Counted from the first letter of the stretch, positions 51,181-61,378 are shown. The stretch: 64,000 bases of DNA from an uncultured Gemmatimonadaceae bacterium (GCA_963751275.1 CAVVTZ010000009.1:32001-96000); one strand, 5' to 3'. Program-made: numbers and translations. Notes: generated from the sequence alone by a model not told the origin.

Positions 51181-52221
51181 ATGCCGAGCTCTCTCTCCCT
51201 CGACTCCCTAACCCGCCGATTCGGCGATAAGGCCGTCGTCGATTCGCTCAGCCTGGAGGTCGAAGCCGGCACCCTCCTGGCTCTCGTCGGCGCGAGCGGG
51301 AGCGGAAAGACGACCACGCTGCGAATGGTCGCAGGCTACGATACTCCCGACTCCGGCAGAGTCCTGCTCGACGGCAAGGACATCACGCACCAGCCGGTTG
51401 CCAGTAGAGAGTTCGGCATGGTCTTCCAGCACTACGCCCTCTTCCCGCATCTGCGAGTCGGCGAGAATGTCGCCTTCGGTCTCGAAGCCCGCGGCATCAA
51501 CAAGTCGGAGCGCGAGTCGCGCGCGACGGCGGCGCTCACCACCGTCGGCCTCGGCGGTGCTGGGAACCGGACCGTCCAGTCATTGAGCGGCGGCGAACAG
51601 CAGCGCGTCGCCCTCGCGCGCGCGCTCGTCATCGAGCCGCGCGTTCTGCTCCTGGACGAGCCCCTCTCCAACCTCGATCCCACGCTGCGCCGCTCCATGC
51701 GCGATGAACTGCGCTCAATGCTGCACCGGTTGAGCGTCACCGCCCTCTTCGTCACCCACGACCAGGAAGACGCCTTCGCGGTCGCCGACCGCGTCGCGCT
51801 CCTCGCCCATGGCAAGCTCCTTCAGGCCGGCGCGCCCGAGGAGCTGTACGACGCACCCGCGTCCCGCGCGGTCGCCGAGTTCATCGGTCGCGCCACGCTG
51901 GTGCCCGCCACTTTCGACGGCGCGCGCGCCACGATCGCGATCGCCGGCGTGTCGTACACGTTCGCCGGCCGCGGCGTCGCGCGCGGCAATGCGCTCGCCG
52001 TCCTGCGCCCCGACGCCCTCACGCTCGTGCCCGAAGGCACGGCGCGCGCCTGGTTCGGCACCGTCACCTCTCGCCGCTTCGCCGGCGGACACGTCGCCTA
52101 TCACGTGAAGCTCAGCGACTCCGTGGACGTCGAGGTCATGAGCGCCGAGCGCGACGTGCGCGAAGGGTCCCGCATCGGGGTCACGATCGGTCACAAGCCG
52201 ATCGCGATCGTCGCGCCGTGA
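51181..52221 (+). CDS. ABC transporter ATP-binding protein (PotA/FbpC-like, TOBE)
   Basis: GASGSGKTT, VFQHYALFPH, LSGGEQQRVALARA. Confidence 0.95.
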   Translation: MPSSLSLDSLTRRFGDKAVVDSLSLEVEAGTLLALVGASGSGKTTTLRMVAGYDTPDSGRVLLDGKDITHQPVASREFGMVFQHYALFPHLRVGENVAFGLEARGINKSERESRATAALTTVGLGGAGNRTVQSLSGGEQQRVALARALVIEPRVLLLDEPLSNLDPTLRRSMRDELRSMLHRLSVTALFVTHDQEDAFAVADRVALLAHGKLLQAGAPEELYDAPASRAVAEFIGRATLVPATFDGARATIAIAGVSYTFAGRGVARGNALAVLRPDALTLVPEGTARAWFGTVTSRRFAGGHVAYHVKLSDSVDVEVMSAERDVREGSRIGVTIGHKPIAIVAP

Positions 52222-53894
52222 GCGCCGCCCAGGCGCGCGGCACCTGGCTGCTCGCCGCACCGGCGCTCGCGATCCTCGCGTGGACGGTCGTGTATCCCAA
52301 CGCGAACGTCATCGCCGGCTCCTTCGCGCACGGGCTCGGCTACTGGCGCGAATTCGCAGGCAATCCCGGCGACCTCGAGGCGCTCCGCACCACGCTGCTC
52401 ATCTCCATCGGTTCAGTCATCCTCGCGACCGCGATCGGCGTGCCGCTCGCCTTCCTCCTCACGCGCATCGAATTCCCCGGCCGCCGCGTGCTCGGCGCGG
52501 TCGCGACGATCCCCGCCGCGCTGCCGCCGCTGGTGGGCGTGATCGCGTTCCTGTTCCTCTATGGCGAGAGCGGCGTGGTCACGCGCGTCGTCCAGCGCGT
52601 GCTCGGCCTCGAGAACGCGCCGTGGACCTTCACCGGCATCTGGCCCATTCTCGTGGTGCACGCGTACGCAATGTACGTGTACGTGTATCTCTTCGTCGCG
52701 GCTGGTCTCGAGCGCTACGACACCTCGCTCGACGAAGCCGCCTCCGGACTCGGCGCCAGCCGCGCGCTGCGCCTGCGCCGCATCACGCTGCCGCTGCTGA
52801 CGCCGAGCCTCGCGGGTGCGATGCTGCTGGTGTTCATGAGCGCGCTGGGGAGTTTCTCCGCGCCGTACGTGTTCGGCGGCGGGCTGCGCGTGATGAGCAC
52901 GCAGATCCTCGCGAGCAAGCTCAATGGCGCGATGGGACTCGCCTACGTCGAGACCACCGTGCTGGCGCTCACCGCGGTCGCAGCGCTGGTGCTGCTCCGC
53001 TGGTTCGAGCGCCGGCGCACGTACGCGGTGACGGGGAAGGGCCGCGTCACGCGCACCGCGATCCCGTCGCGCGGCGGACGGACGGTGGCGCTCATTGGCG
53101 CGTCGGTGCTGGTGTTCATCCTCATCCTGCCGCACGCCATGTTGGTCCTCATCGCCTTCGCGAAGGACGGCGCGTGGACCACGCAACTCCTGCCTCCCGT
53201 GTACACGCTGGAGAACTTCACCCGCCTCGCGCGCGACGCCGACCTCTGGACCCCGATCCGGAATTCCGTGCTCATGGCGATCATCGCGGTCGCCGCCAAT
53301 GCGGTCTTCTGCTTCGTGGCGGCCTATCTCATCGTGCTGCGAAAGTTCCGCGGACGGCGGGCGCTGGAGCTGCTGTCGGCGCTCCCCTGGGCGATCCCGG
53401 CGACGGCGATCGCGATCGGGCTCGCGTCCACCTTCAATCGCAACGATCTCCTGAGCGCGCGCGTGCTCCTCGTGGGCACCTTCTGGATCCTTCCGCTCGC
53501 GTACTTCATCCGCGGCATCCCGCTCGTGTCCAACGCGGTGCAGGGCTCGCTCGCGCAGATGGATCCGTCGCTCGAAGACGCCGCGCGCGGATTGGGCGCG
53601 AGCTGGTGGCTCACGATCAAGCGCGTGGTGCTCCCCGCTGCGCGCCCCGGCCTCGTGGCCGGCACGATGCTCGCCGCGGTGATGGCGGTGGGCGAGTTCG
53701 TCGCGAGCGTGGTGCTGTACACGCACTCGAATCGCCCGATCGCGGTGGAGATCCTCGCGCAGATCCGCGATCTCGCCTTCGGCACGGGCGCCGCGTACAG
53801 CGTGCTGCTCATCATCCTCGTGCTGGCGATCACGCTCGGCGCGCGCTGGAGCGAGTCACGCCTGTTGAACGCCGAAACGGCGGTGCTCTCGTGA
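52218..53894 (+). CDS. ABC permease (FbpB-like, duplicated module)
   Basis: Two EAA loops (LDEAASGLGA, LEDAARGLGA); about 12 TM segments. Confidence 0.93.
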   Translation: MSAAQARGTWLLAAPALAILAWTVVYPNANVIAGSFAHGLGYWREFAGNPGDLEALRTTLLISIGSVILATAIGVPLAFLLTRIEFPGRRVLGAVATIPAALPPLVGVIAFLFLYGESGVVTRVVQRVLGLENAPWTFTGIWPILVVHAYAMYVYVYLFVAAGLERYDTSLDEAASGLGASRALRLRRITLPLLTPSLAGAMLLVFMSALGSFSAPYVFGGGLRVMSTQILASKLNGAMGLAYVETTVLALTAVAALVLLRWFERRRTYAVTGKGRVTRTAIPSRGGRTVALIGASVLVFILILPHAMLVLIAFAKDGAWTTQLLPPVYTLENFTRLARDADLWTPIRNSVLMAIIAVAANAVFCFVAAYLIVLRKFRGRRALELLSALPWAIPATAIAIGLASTFNRNDLLSARVLLVGTFWILPLAYFIRGIPLVSNAVQGSLAQMDPSLEDAARGLGASWWLTIKRVVLPAARPGLVAGTMLAAVMAVGEFVASVVLYTHSNRPIAVEILAQIRDLAFGTGAAYSVLLIILVLAITLGARWSESRLLNAETAVLS

Positions 53895-55180
53895 GCGGCG
53901 CCCGGCTGCCACGCGTGGTGATCGTCGGCGGCGGATTCGCCGGCCTCCACGCCGCGAAGGCGCTCCGGCACGAACAGATCGAACTCACCGTGCTCGACCG
54001 CGAGAACCACAACACCTTCCAGCCGCTGCTCTACCAGGTGGCGATGGCGGTGCTCGCGCCCAGCGAGATCGCGTCGCCCATCCGGTGGCTGCTGAAGAAG
54101 CAGGAGAACACCACCGTGCTGCTTGCGGACGTGGAGCGCATCGACGTCGCGCGGCGAATGGTCATCGCCGACAGCGAGAAAGTGGAAGTGCCGTACGATT
54201 ACCTGATCGTCGCCACCGGCACGCGGCACGCCTACTTCGGGCATCCCGAATGGGAAGCGCTCGCGCCTGGGCTCAAGAGCATTGCTGACGCGCGCGAGAT
54301 CCGCCGGCGGTTCCTGCTCGCGTACGAATCCGCCGAGAAGGCCGCCACGCAGCGGGAGCGCGACGAGCTGATGACCTTCGTGATCGTGGGCGGCGGGCCC
54401 ACCGGCGTGGAACTCGCGGGGATCCTGCCGGAGGTCGGCAAGCGCGGGATCGCCGGCGAATTCCGCCGCGCCGACACCCGGCGCACGCGCACGATCCTGC
54501 TCGAGGGCGGCCCGCGCATCCTCCCCGCGTTCAACGAGGAGATCTCCGCCGAGGCGCGGCGCGAACTCACCGAACTCGGCGTGGAGGTGCGCACGGGGGC
54601 GCTGGTCACGCGCATCACGCCCGACGCGGTGTACATCGGCGACGAGAAGATCCCGTGTCGCACGGTGTTCTGGGCGGCGGGCAATCAGGCATCGCCGCTC
54701 GGCAAGTCGCTTGGTGCGCCGCTCGACCGCGTCGGGCGCGTGCTCGTGTCACCCGATCTGAGCGTGCCGGGCCATCCCGAGATCTTCGTCACCGGCGATC
54801 TCGCGGCGCTCGAGCAGAATGGCGCGCTGGTGCCCGGCGTCGCGCCGGCCGCGATCCAGGAGGGCACGTGCGCCGCGAAGAACATCCAGCGGCTCGTGCG
54901 CGGCAAGCCGACGGCGCCTTTCCGCTACTGGGACAAGGGGAATCTCGCGACCATCGGCCGGCACCGCGCGGTGGCGCAGTTCGGCGATTTCGGCGTGACC
55001 GGATTCGCGGCGTGGTTCCTGTGGTTGTTCATCCACATCCTCTATCTCGCCGGGTTCCGGAATCGACTCATCGTGGCGATCGAGTGGGGCTATTCTTACT
55101 TCACATACCAACGAGGCGCGCGGGTACTTTCGGAGGAATCCGCGGGACTCGGGAATCGGGACTCGCCGCGGGACGCGTGA
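53891..55180 (+). CDS. ndh: Type II NADH dehydrogenase-like FAD oxidoreductase
   Basis: GGGFAG, FQPLLYQVA, GGGPTGVELAG, WAAG, GNLATIGR, GFRNR. Confidence 0.9.
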   Translation: MSGARLPRVVIVGGGFAGLHAAKALRHEQIELTVLDRENHNTFQPLLYQVAMAVLAPSEIASPIRWLLKKQENTTVLLADVERIDVARRMVIADSEKVEVPYDYLIVATGTRHAYFGHPEWEALAPGLKSIADAREIRRRFLLAYESAEKAATQRERDELMTFVIVGGGPTGVELAGILPEVGKRGIAGEFRRADTRRTRTILLEGGPRILPAFNEEISAEARRELTELGVEVRTGALVTRITPDAVYIGDEKIPCRTVFWAAGNQASPLGKSLGAPLDRVGRVLVSPDLSVPGHPEIFVTGDLAALEQNGALVPGVAPAAIQEGTCAAKNIQRLVRGKPTAPFRYWDKGNLATIGRHRAVAQFGDFGVTGFAAWFLWLFIHILYLAGFRNRLIVAIEWGYSYFTYQRGARVLSEESAGLGNRDSPRDA

Positions 55181-55243
55181 ACCGCGCGATAGCTCATCGC
55201 GCCGTTCTCGCATCCCGCGGCGAGTCCCGATTCCCGAATCCCG
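55143..55243. repeat. Family B heptamer-capped hairpin, copy 2
   Basis: cgggactcgggaatcgggactcgccgcgggacgcgtgaac...gttctcgcatcccgcggcgagtcccgattcccgaatcccg; contains the ndh stop codon. Confidence 0.9.
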
Positions 55244-55251
55244 AGCAGTGG

Positions 55252-56343
55252 TTATTGCACCACGAACGACGTCATCATCCCGCGCCTGACGTCCGCCTTG
55301 CGGTCCGGCCCGTTGATGTTGAAGCTCGCGAGCACGTAGGTGCCCGGGCTCAGCGTCACCGGGAACTGCACCGTCGATCCCGTCTCCGTGCCGGCGACGC
55401 CACCGACGACCATGCCGGGGATCGATCCCTCATAGGCTTCGGCCCAGGTCTTGAAGTCCTTGAACGTCTTGTTGTTGCTCAGCTTGAAGAGCACGGCCTC
55501 ATGCGGGAAATTCCCAACCGTCTTCACCTCGATGATGCGCGGACCCGCCGACACCGGGCCTGAGAGCGTGATCGTGTACTCGTTCAGCGTGGCCGTCACA
55601 TCGGGCGCCGGCATGGTGGCCTGTGGCGCGCTGTTCGCCGTCACTTTGAGCGGGAGCAACGTTCCCTTCTCGATGTATGGAGCGTGCTCCGGGAACGCCT
55701 TGAGACCCATGATCACGTAGTCGCCCGCCGCGAGATCGATCGTCGCCGCCGACGTGGCGCCGGCCATCGACGCGTTCGGTCCGCTCGCGAGCAGCACCCA
55801 CTGCGGGAGCTTCGAATTCTCCTTCATCGCTTGCTCGAGCTCGGCCTCGGTCTTCCCATCCTGCAGCTTGACGATCTGGATGTGCTCCATCTTCGGCCCG
55901 TTGTTGACCAACGAGACGGTCGTGAGGCCGGCGGGCACCGTCGCGGGCGCGCTGAGCACGCCGGCGTTCGAGTGAATGGCGAGTGCGTTGGGCCGCGGAC
56001 CGTGGTTGGCTGGCGCCGGGGCCGCGGCCGGCGCCGCGGCGGGCGCTGCGGCGGGCGCCATCGCCGGCGCCATCGCCGGAGAGGCTGAAGGTGCAGCAGG
56101 GACGGCCTTGGTCACGGCGGTGGCGGTTGCAGCCTTGGCGGCCGATTTACCGCCCGAAGTGGCGGCCGGTGCGGCCGCGGGCGTCGAGTCCGCGGCGGGC
56201 GCTGGAGTCTCGGCGGCTGCCGCAGCGGGCGCGGTCTTCGGGATGGTGTCCAGCGAGGGCTTCGCCTCGCCCTTGCACGCCGCGAGCGACGCGAAGGCGA
56301 GTATCGCGGCGGAGCAAATGCGGGCGTGGATGGTGTTTGACAT
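55252..56343 (-). CDS. Lipoprotein with Ala/Pro linker and tandem cupredoxin-like domains
   Basis: LAAC lipobox, PAAA low-complexity region, two repeats of the type N.G...H.....L...G.Y. Confidence 0.65.
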   Translation of the reverse strand: MSNTIHARICSAAILAFASLAACKGEAKPSLDTIPKTAPAAAAAETPAPAADSTPAAAPAATSGGKSAAKAATATAVTKAVPAAPSASPAMAPAMAPAAAPAAAPAAAPAPANHGPRPNALAIHSNAGVLSAPATVPAGLTTVSLVNNGPKMEHIQIVKLQDGKTEAELEQAMKENSKLPQWVLLASGPNASMAGATSAATIDLAAGDYVIMGLKAFPEHAPYIEKGTLLPLKVTANSAPQATMPAPDVTATLNEYTITLSGPVSAGPRIIEVKTVGNFPHEAVLFKLSNNKTFKDFKTWAEAYEGSIPGMVVGGVAGTETGSTVQFPVTLSPGTYVLASFNINGPDRKADVRRGMMTSFVVQ

Positions 56344-56500
56344 GCGTCCCCTGGGTGTGAGTGGTCTCACCATGAAGGTCACGCGGTCAGCCAGCGCGCC
56401 GAGGGAGGGTGGAACTGGCCCAGATCGTTCGGTGGTCGGTGGCCGCTAGAGACCGTAGACGCTACGGCGCGCGGTGTCGGGTTGCAAGGAGGGGGGACGA

Positions 56501-56617
56501 CGCGGGACGCGGGACTCGGGACTCGGGACTCGCCGCGGGACGCGTGAACTACGCGGGGCGTCGTCGCGACCTTCTCGAATCCCGCGGCGAGTCCCGAATC
56601 CCGGATCCCGCGCAGTT
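56501..56617. repeat. Family B heptamer-capped hairpin, copy 3
   Basis: cgcgggacgcgggactcgggactcgggactcgccgcgggacgcgtgaac...tcccgcggcgagtcccgaatcccggatcccgcgcagtt. Confidence 0.88.
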
Positions 56618-57922
56618 CAGCGCCGCTCCTCCGCGAGCACCGCCGGTTCCTCCGCCGTGTCCTGCCGCGCGATCTCCTCGGTCTGTCCGGAATATCGGTT
56701 CAGCCCGAATCCCAGCCAGATCGTGCCTGCCACCAGCACGGCCGACGTTCCGAACGGGACGATCGGCTTGAAATTGTCCCACGCGAATCCGGCGTACAGC
56801 GGGTACAGGAATCGCGCGATGCCGGCGTACGTCTGCTGCACGCCCATGTAGAGGCCGCGTTCGTGCTCGCCCACGACGCGCGACAGCAGCCCCGTGGTCG
56901 CCGGGAAGTTGAACGCGGTGCCGAGCGGGATCAGCGCGGTCGCGAGCGCGAGCGGAACGTACGCCGCGAGTCCGGGCAGGATCGATTTGTGCACGAGCGA
57001 TACGCTCAGGATGCCGAGCGCGAGCAGTGCGGTGCCGAAGCGCGCAGTGCGCACTTCGCCGAACTTGTCCACCACCGGGCCCACGAGGAAGATCCGCACG
57101 AGCACGCTGATCGCGCCGATGTACGCGAAGAAATATCCGATGGTGAGCGCGGTGACGCCCCAATAGTCCTTGAGATAGAGCGACAGCACGGGGTTGATCC
57201 CGTAGAACGCGCCCATGCAGATCGCGTACATCCAGATCAACCGCGACGCCGGCTCGCCGGGATGCTCGAACACGCGCAGCACCACGGTCCATGGCGACCG
57301 CGCGGTCTTGCTCTTCTCGCGCGCCTTGGCGCTCTGCCGCTCGGTGAGGAATCTCGTGGCGAACCGAGATGTTGATCATGCACAGCAGCGCGGCGACGAG
57401 CCCCGGTCCGTGCTCGCCGATATGGAACACGGCCTGCGCGCCGAGCACGGGGCCGAGCACCACACCCAGATTGGTCGCGCTCGAGAGCCAGCCCAGGCCG
57501 CGCGCGCGGTTCTTCGGCTCCACCGCGTCGGCCACGTACGCCTGGATGACGCCGGTGGTCCCGCCCCCCGCGCCCTGAATGAGGCGGCAGGCGAAGAGCA
57601 TCCAGTAGGAGTTGGCGTATGCGAACACCACATACGAGATCGCGGAGCCGGTGAGCCCCGCGATGAGCGCCGGCTTCCGCCCGTAGCGGTCGGAGACGCG
57701 CCCCCAGAACGGCGCGCTCAGCAGCTGCATCGCCGCGAACGCGGAGATCAGCATGCTCACCTGGAACCCGTTCGCGCCGAACTTCGAGGCGTAAAATGGA
57801 AAGAGCGGGAAGACCATCAGCCCGCCCACCATGTCGATGAACGCCGTCGTCATGAGGATGCCGAGCTTCCCGGCATCGCCCGCCCGCAAGTTCTCGAATC
57901 GTGATGCGATGAATTTATTCAC
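56617..57922 (-). CDS. MFS transporter (TetA/DHA1-like); frameshift near 57365
   Basis: WGRVSDRYGRKP, AYVAD, GPVLG; C-terminal half in ORF 56617..57285. Confidence 0.87.
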
Positions 57923-57931
57923 GCGCGCAAT

Positions 57932-58774
57932 CTACTCCGCTTTGCCGAGTGACGCGGGGGGCACGGCCTTCTTCACCACTCCCGCGAGCGCGACGATGGT
58001 CAGGACGTACGGGATCATCTGGATGAACTGCGACGGGATGAATTGCGTTCCCTGCAGCTGGATCTGCAGCGTCTCCGCCGCCGCGAAGAAGAGACACGCC
58101 ACCGCCGCGCGCATCGGATCCCAGCGTCCGAAGATCACCGCCGCCAATGCGATGAACCCGCGTCCCGCGGTCATCTCGCTCGTGAACTCGTGCTGGTCGA
58201 GCGCGAGGTACACGCCGCCCAGCGATGCCAGCGCGCCCGACAGCGCCACCGCGATCAAGCGGACGCGTGGCACGCGCACGCCGAGCGTCTCCGCCGCCAG
58301 CGGATTCTCGCCCACGGCGCGCACGCGCAGCCCGAACGGCGTGCGGTACACCACCCACGCGAGCGCCATGGGTACGATCAACCCCGCCGCGATCAGCGGG
58401 TTCCGTTCGAAGCCCGGCACGCGCGGCGAGTTCGACGAGCTGTCGAACATCAACTTCAACAGGAAGCGCGTGAGACCGATCACAAGGAGGTTGATCGCGA
58501 TGCCGCTCACGACCTGGTCCGCGCGGAAGCGCAGCGACACGAGCGCGTGCACGAGCGCGAAGAGCACGCCGCCGCCGATGCCGCACAGCACGCCCACCCA
58601 CGGACTGCCGCTGTAGTAGCTGCCGGTCGCTCCGGCGAACGCGCCCGCCAGCATGTAGCCCTCGAGGCCCAGGCTGATCACCCCGCTCCGCTCCGCGATC
58701 ACGCCTCCCGCCGCCGCGAAGAGGTACGGGATCGCGATGCGGATGGTCTGCGCGAGGAAGGCGAGCACGCTCAC
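57932..58774 (-). CDS. Nucleoside/simple-sugar ABC permease
   Basis: ERSGVISLGLEG, TPFGLRVRAVGENP, GRGFIALAA. Confidence 0.92.
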   Translation of the reverse strand: MSVLAFLAQTIRIAIPYLFAAAGGVIAERSGVISLGLEGYMLAGAFAGATGSYYSGSPWVGVLCGIGGGVLFALVHALVSLRFRADQVVSGIAINLLVIGLTRFLLKLMFDSSSNSPRVPGFERNPLIAAGLIVPMALAWVVYRTPFGLRVRAVGENPLAAETLGVRVPRVRLIAVALSGALASLGGVYLALDQHEFTSEMTAGRGFIALAAVIFGRWDPMRAAVACLFFAAAETLQIQLQGTQFIPSQFIQMIPYVLTIVALAGVVKKAVPPASLGKAE

Positions 58775-59838
58775 GGTTCGGTGCTCCGTCGCGCCGACAT
58801 GATCGCGCGCCGCACTTCGGGCACCGACGCGGCGACCGCGAGGATGATGATCCCCTGCAGCACTTCCACCAGCTGCTTCGGCACCAGCGCGTTCACCGCG
58901 AGCGCGCCCTGCGAGAGCGTCGCGAAGAAGAGCGCGGCCAGCACGACGCCGAATGGATGGTTGCGACCGACCAGCGCGACGGCGATGCCGAGGTATCCCG
59001 CACCGCCGGCGAACCCTTCTTCGTAGTAGTGCTTGTAGCCGAGGACGAAGTTGATGCCGCCGAGTCCCGCGAGCATGCCGGAGATCGTCATCGCGCGCAT
59101 CCAGGTGGCGGCCGCGCGCACGCCGCCGTACTCCGCGGCCTCTGGCTGCAGCCCCACCGCCCGCAGGTCGTAGCCGCTGCGCGTGCGGAAGAGGAACCAC
59201 CACGCCGCCACCGCGTTCGCGAGCACGATGAGGATCCCCACGTTCGCCGCGGAGCCGTGGAACACGTCCCAGATCTCGGAGAAGCGCGTGAGCGCGCCGG
59301 CGTGGATCTCGGGCGTGTGCAGCGTTTCGGGCACGCGCAGGTGCGCGACGATGATCCAGTTGAGCAGCGCGAGCACGATGAAGTTGAGCATGATCGTCGT
59401 GATCACTTCGTGCGCGCCGAACTTCGCACGGAGCGCGCCGGGCACCCAGCCGACGGCGGCGCCGCCGGCCATGGCCGCCATCACGCAGAGCGGCCACGCG
59501 GCGAGCGCAGGCGTGCCGGCGGGGAGGACGATCCCCATGAGCGCCGCGGCGAATCCGCCCGCGGCCAGCTGTCCCTCCGCGCCAATGTTGAACAGGCCCG
59601 CGCGCAGTCCCATCGACACGGCGAGGCCGGTGGCGATGAGGGTTGTGGTCTTGTACAGCACCTGGCCGAAGCCGTACCAATTGCCCCACGTGCCTTCGAT
59701 GAGCAGGCGGTACACCGCGGCGGGCGACTGGCCCACCGCGATGATGAGCAGGTCGCCCGCCACGAGCGCGACGAGCAGCGCCACCAGCGGCGGCAGCAGC
59801 GCCGCCTCGGCGCGCTCGCGCAATTCGGCGCGCGTCAC
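58771..59838 (-). CDS. Nucleoside/simple-sugar ABC permease
   Basis: GLFNIGAEGQ, EVITTIMLN, GYLGIAVAL. Confidence 0.92.
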   Translation of the reverse strand: MTRAELRERAEAALLPPLVALLVALVAGDLLIIAVGQSPAAVYRLLIEGTWGNWYGFGQVLYKTTTLIATGLAVSMGLRAGLFNIGAEGQLAAGGFAAALMGIVLPAGTPALAAWPLCVMAAMAGGAAVGWVPGALRAKFGAHEVITTIMLNFIVLALLNWIIVAHLRVPETLHTPEIHAGALTRFSEIWDVFHGSAANVGILIVLANAVAAWWFLFRTRSGYDLRAVGLQPEAAEYGGVRAAATWMRAMTISGMLAGLGGINFVLGYKHYYEEGFAGGAGYLGIAVALVGRNHPFGVVLAALFFATLSQGALAVNALVPKQLVEVLQGIIILAVAASVPEVRRAIMSARRSTEP

Positions 59839-61378
59839 GCGGCGCTCGCTCCCGCGCCCGTCATCAGCGGGCCGAGCGACTGCCTCGCTCGCCTGCGCGC
59901 GGGGCATGACGCCCACGATGCGCCCGCCGTACATCACGGCGACGCGATCGGCGAGCGCGAGGATCTCCTGCAGCTCCGCGCTCACGAGCAGCACCGCTTT
60001 CCCATCGGCGCGCGCGCGGCGCAGCTGCGCGTGGATGAACTCGATCGCGCCCACGTCCACGCCGCGCGTCGGCTGCGCGGCGAGCAGCACGCGATACTCG
60101 CCGCCCATCTCGCGCGCGATCACGATCTTCTGCTGGTTGCCGCCCGAGAGCGCGCGCGCGGGCAGGGAAGGATCCGGCGGGCGGATGTCGAAGCGCTCGA
60201 CGGCCGCGCGCGCGTTCCGGTCGATGTGCTCGCGGTCGAGTCCGGCGAAGCGTCGCGAAGCGGTCCTGACGGCCGAGGATGAGATTGTCAGCCACGGAAT
60301 AGTCGAGAATGAGCCCGCGGCGGTGACGGTCCTCGGGGATGTGTGCGAGGCCGAGCAGTCCGCGCTCGCGCACGGAGAGCGCGGTGACGTCGGCGTCGCC
60401 GAGCAGCACCGCGCCGGAGCGCGACGGCGCGGAGACCGGCGATCGCCTCGAGCAGCGCGCTCTGGCCGTTCCCCTCGACGCCCGCGATGCCGAGGATCTC
60501 GCCCGGCGCCACAGTGAAGGAGATGCCGTCCACTTCGCGGGGCCGGCGCGTGCCGCGCGACGACGAGATCGCGCACCGTCAGCGCCGCATCGGCGCCCGC
60601 CGGCATCGCGCCCGCGACGAACGATCCCGCGCCGGCGAGCGCCACCTCGCGCCCCACCATCGCGACCGCGATCGCCGCCGGCGTCGTCTCCGCGGTCACC
60701 ATGCGCGCCACGGTCTCGCCGCGGCGCATCACGGTGATGCGGTCGGACACCTGCATCACCTCGTCCAGCTTGTGCGTGATGAGCACGATCGTGCCGCCGC
60801 CCGCCTTCGAGCGCGCGCAGCACCTTCCACAGCTCCTGCACTTCCGGCGGCGACAGCACGGCGGTGGGCTCGTCGAGGATCAGCAACCGCGCGCCGCGGA
60901 AGAGCGTCTTCAGGATCTCCACGCGCTGCGCCTCGCCGACGCTGAGGATCGCCCACGAGGCGCGACGCCTCCACGCGCAGTCCGTACTTCGCCGCCACCG
61001 CGTTCACCTCGGCGGTGGCGCGCGCGAGATCGAGCTGCGGGCCGCGGTGCGGCTCGCGGCCGAGCACCACGTTCTCCGCCACGGTGAGCGTGGGCACGAG
61101 CATGAAATGCTGGTGCACCATCCCCACGCCGGCGGCGATCGCGTCGGAGGTGCGCCATCCGGTCACGTCGCGGCCGTCCACCATCGCTCGTGCCGCCGTC
61201 GGGCGGGATCAATGCCGCGCGAGGATGCGCATGAGCGTCGATTTCCCCGCGCCGTTCTCACCGACGAGCGCGTGGATCTCGCCCGGCGCGCACCTCCAGC
61301 GACGCGCCGGCGTTCGCGCGCACCGCGCCGAAACGCTTCTCGATGCCGGTGAGCTCGATCGCCGGGCGTATCGCTCAT
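59835..61378 (-). CDS. Nucleoside ABC ATP-binding protein (two NBDs); many frameshifts
   Basis: [42 protein letters not shown] and PTRGVD scattered over frames. Confidence 0.85.

Noticed and set aside
56010..56230. GC-rich tandem repeats
   Set aside because: They encode the Ala/Pro linker of the lipoprotein.
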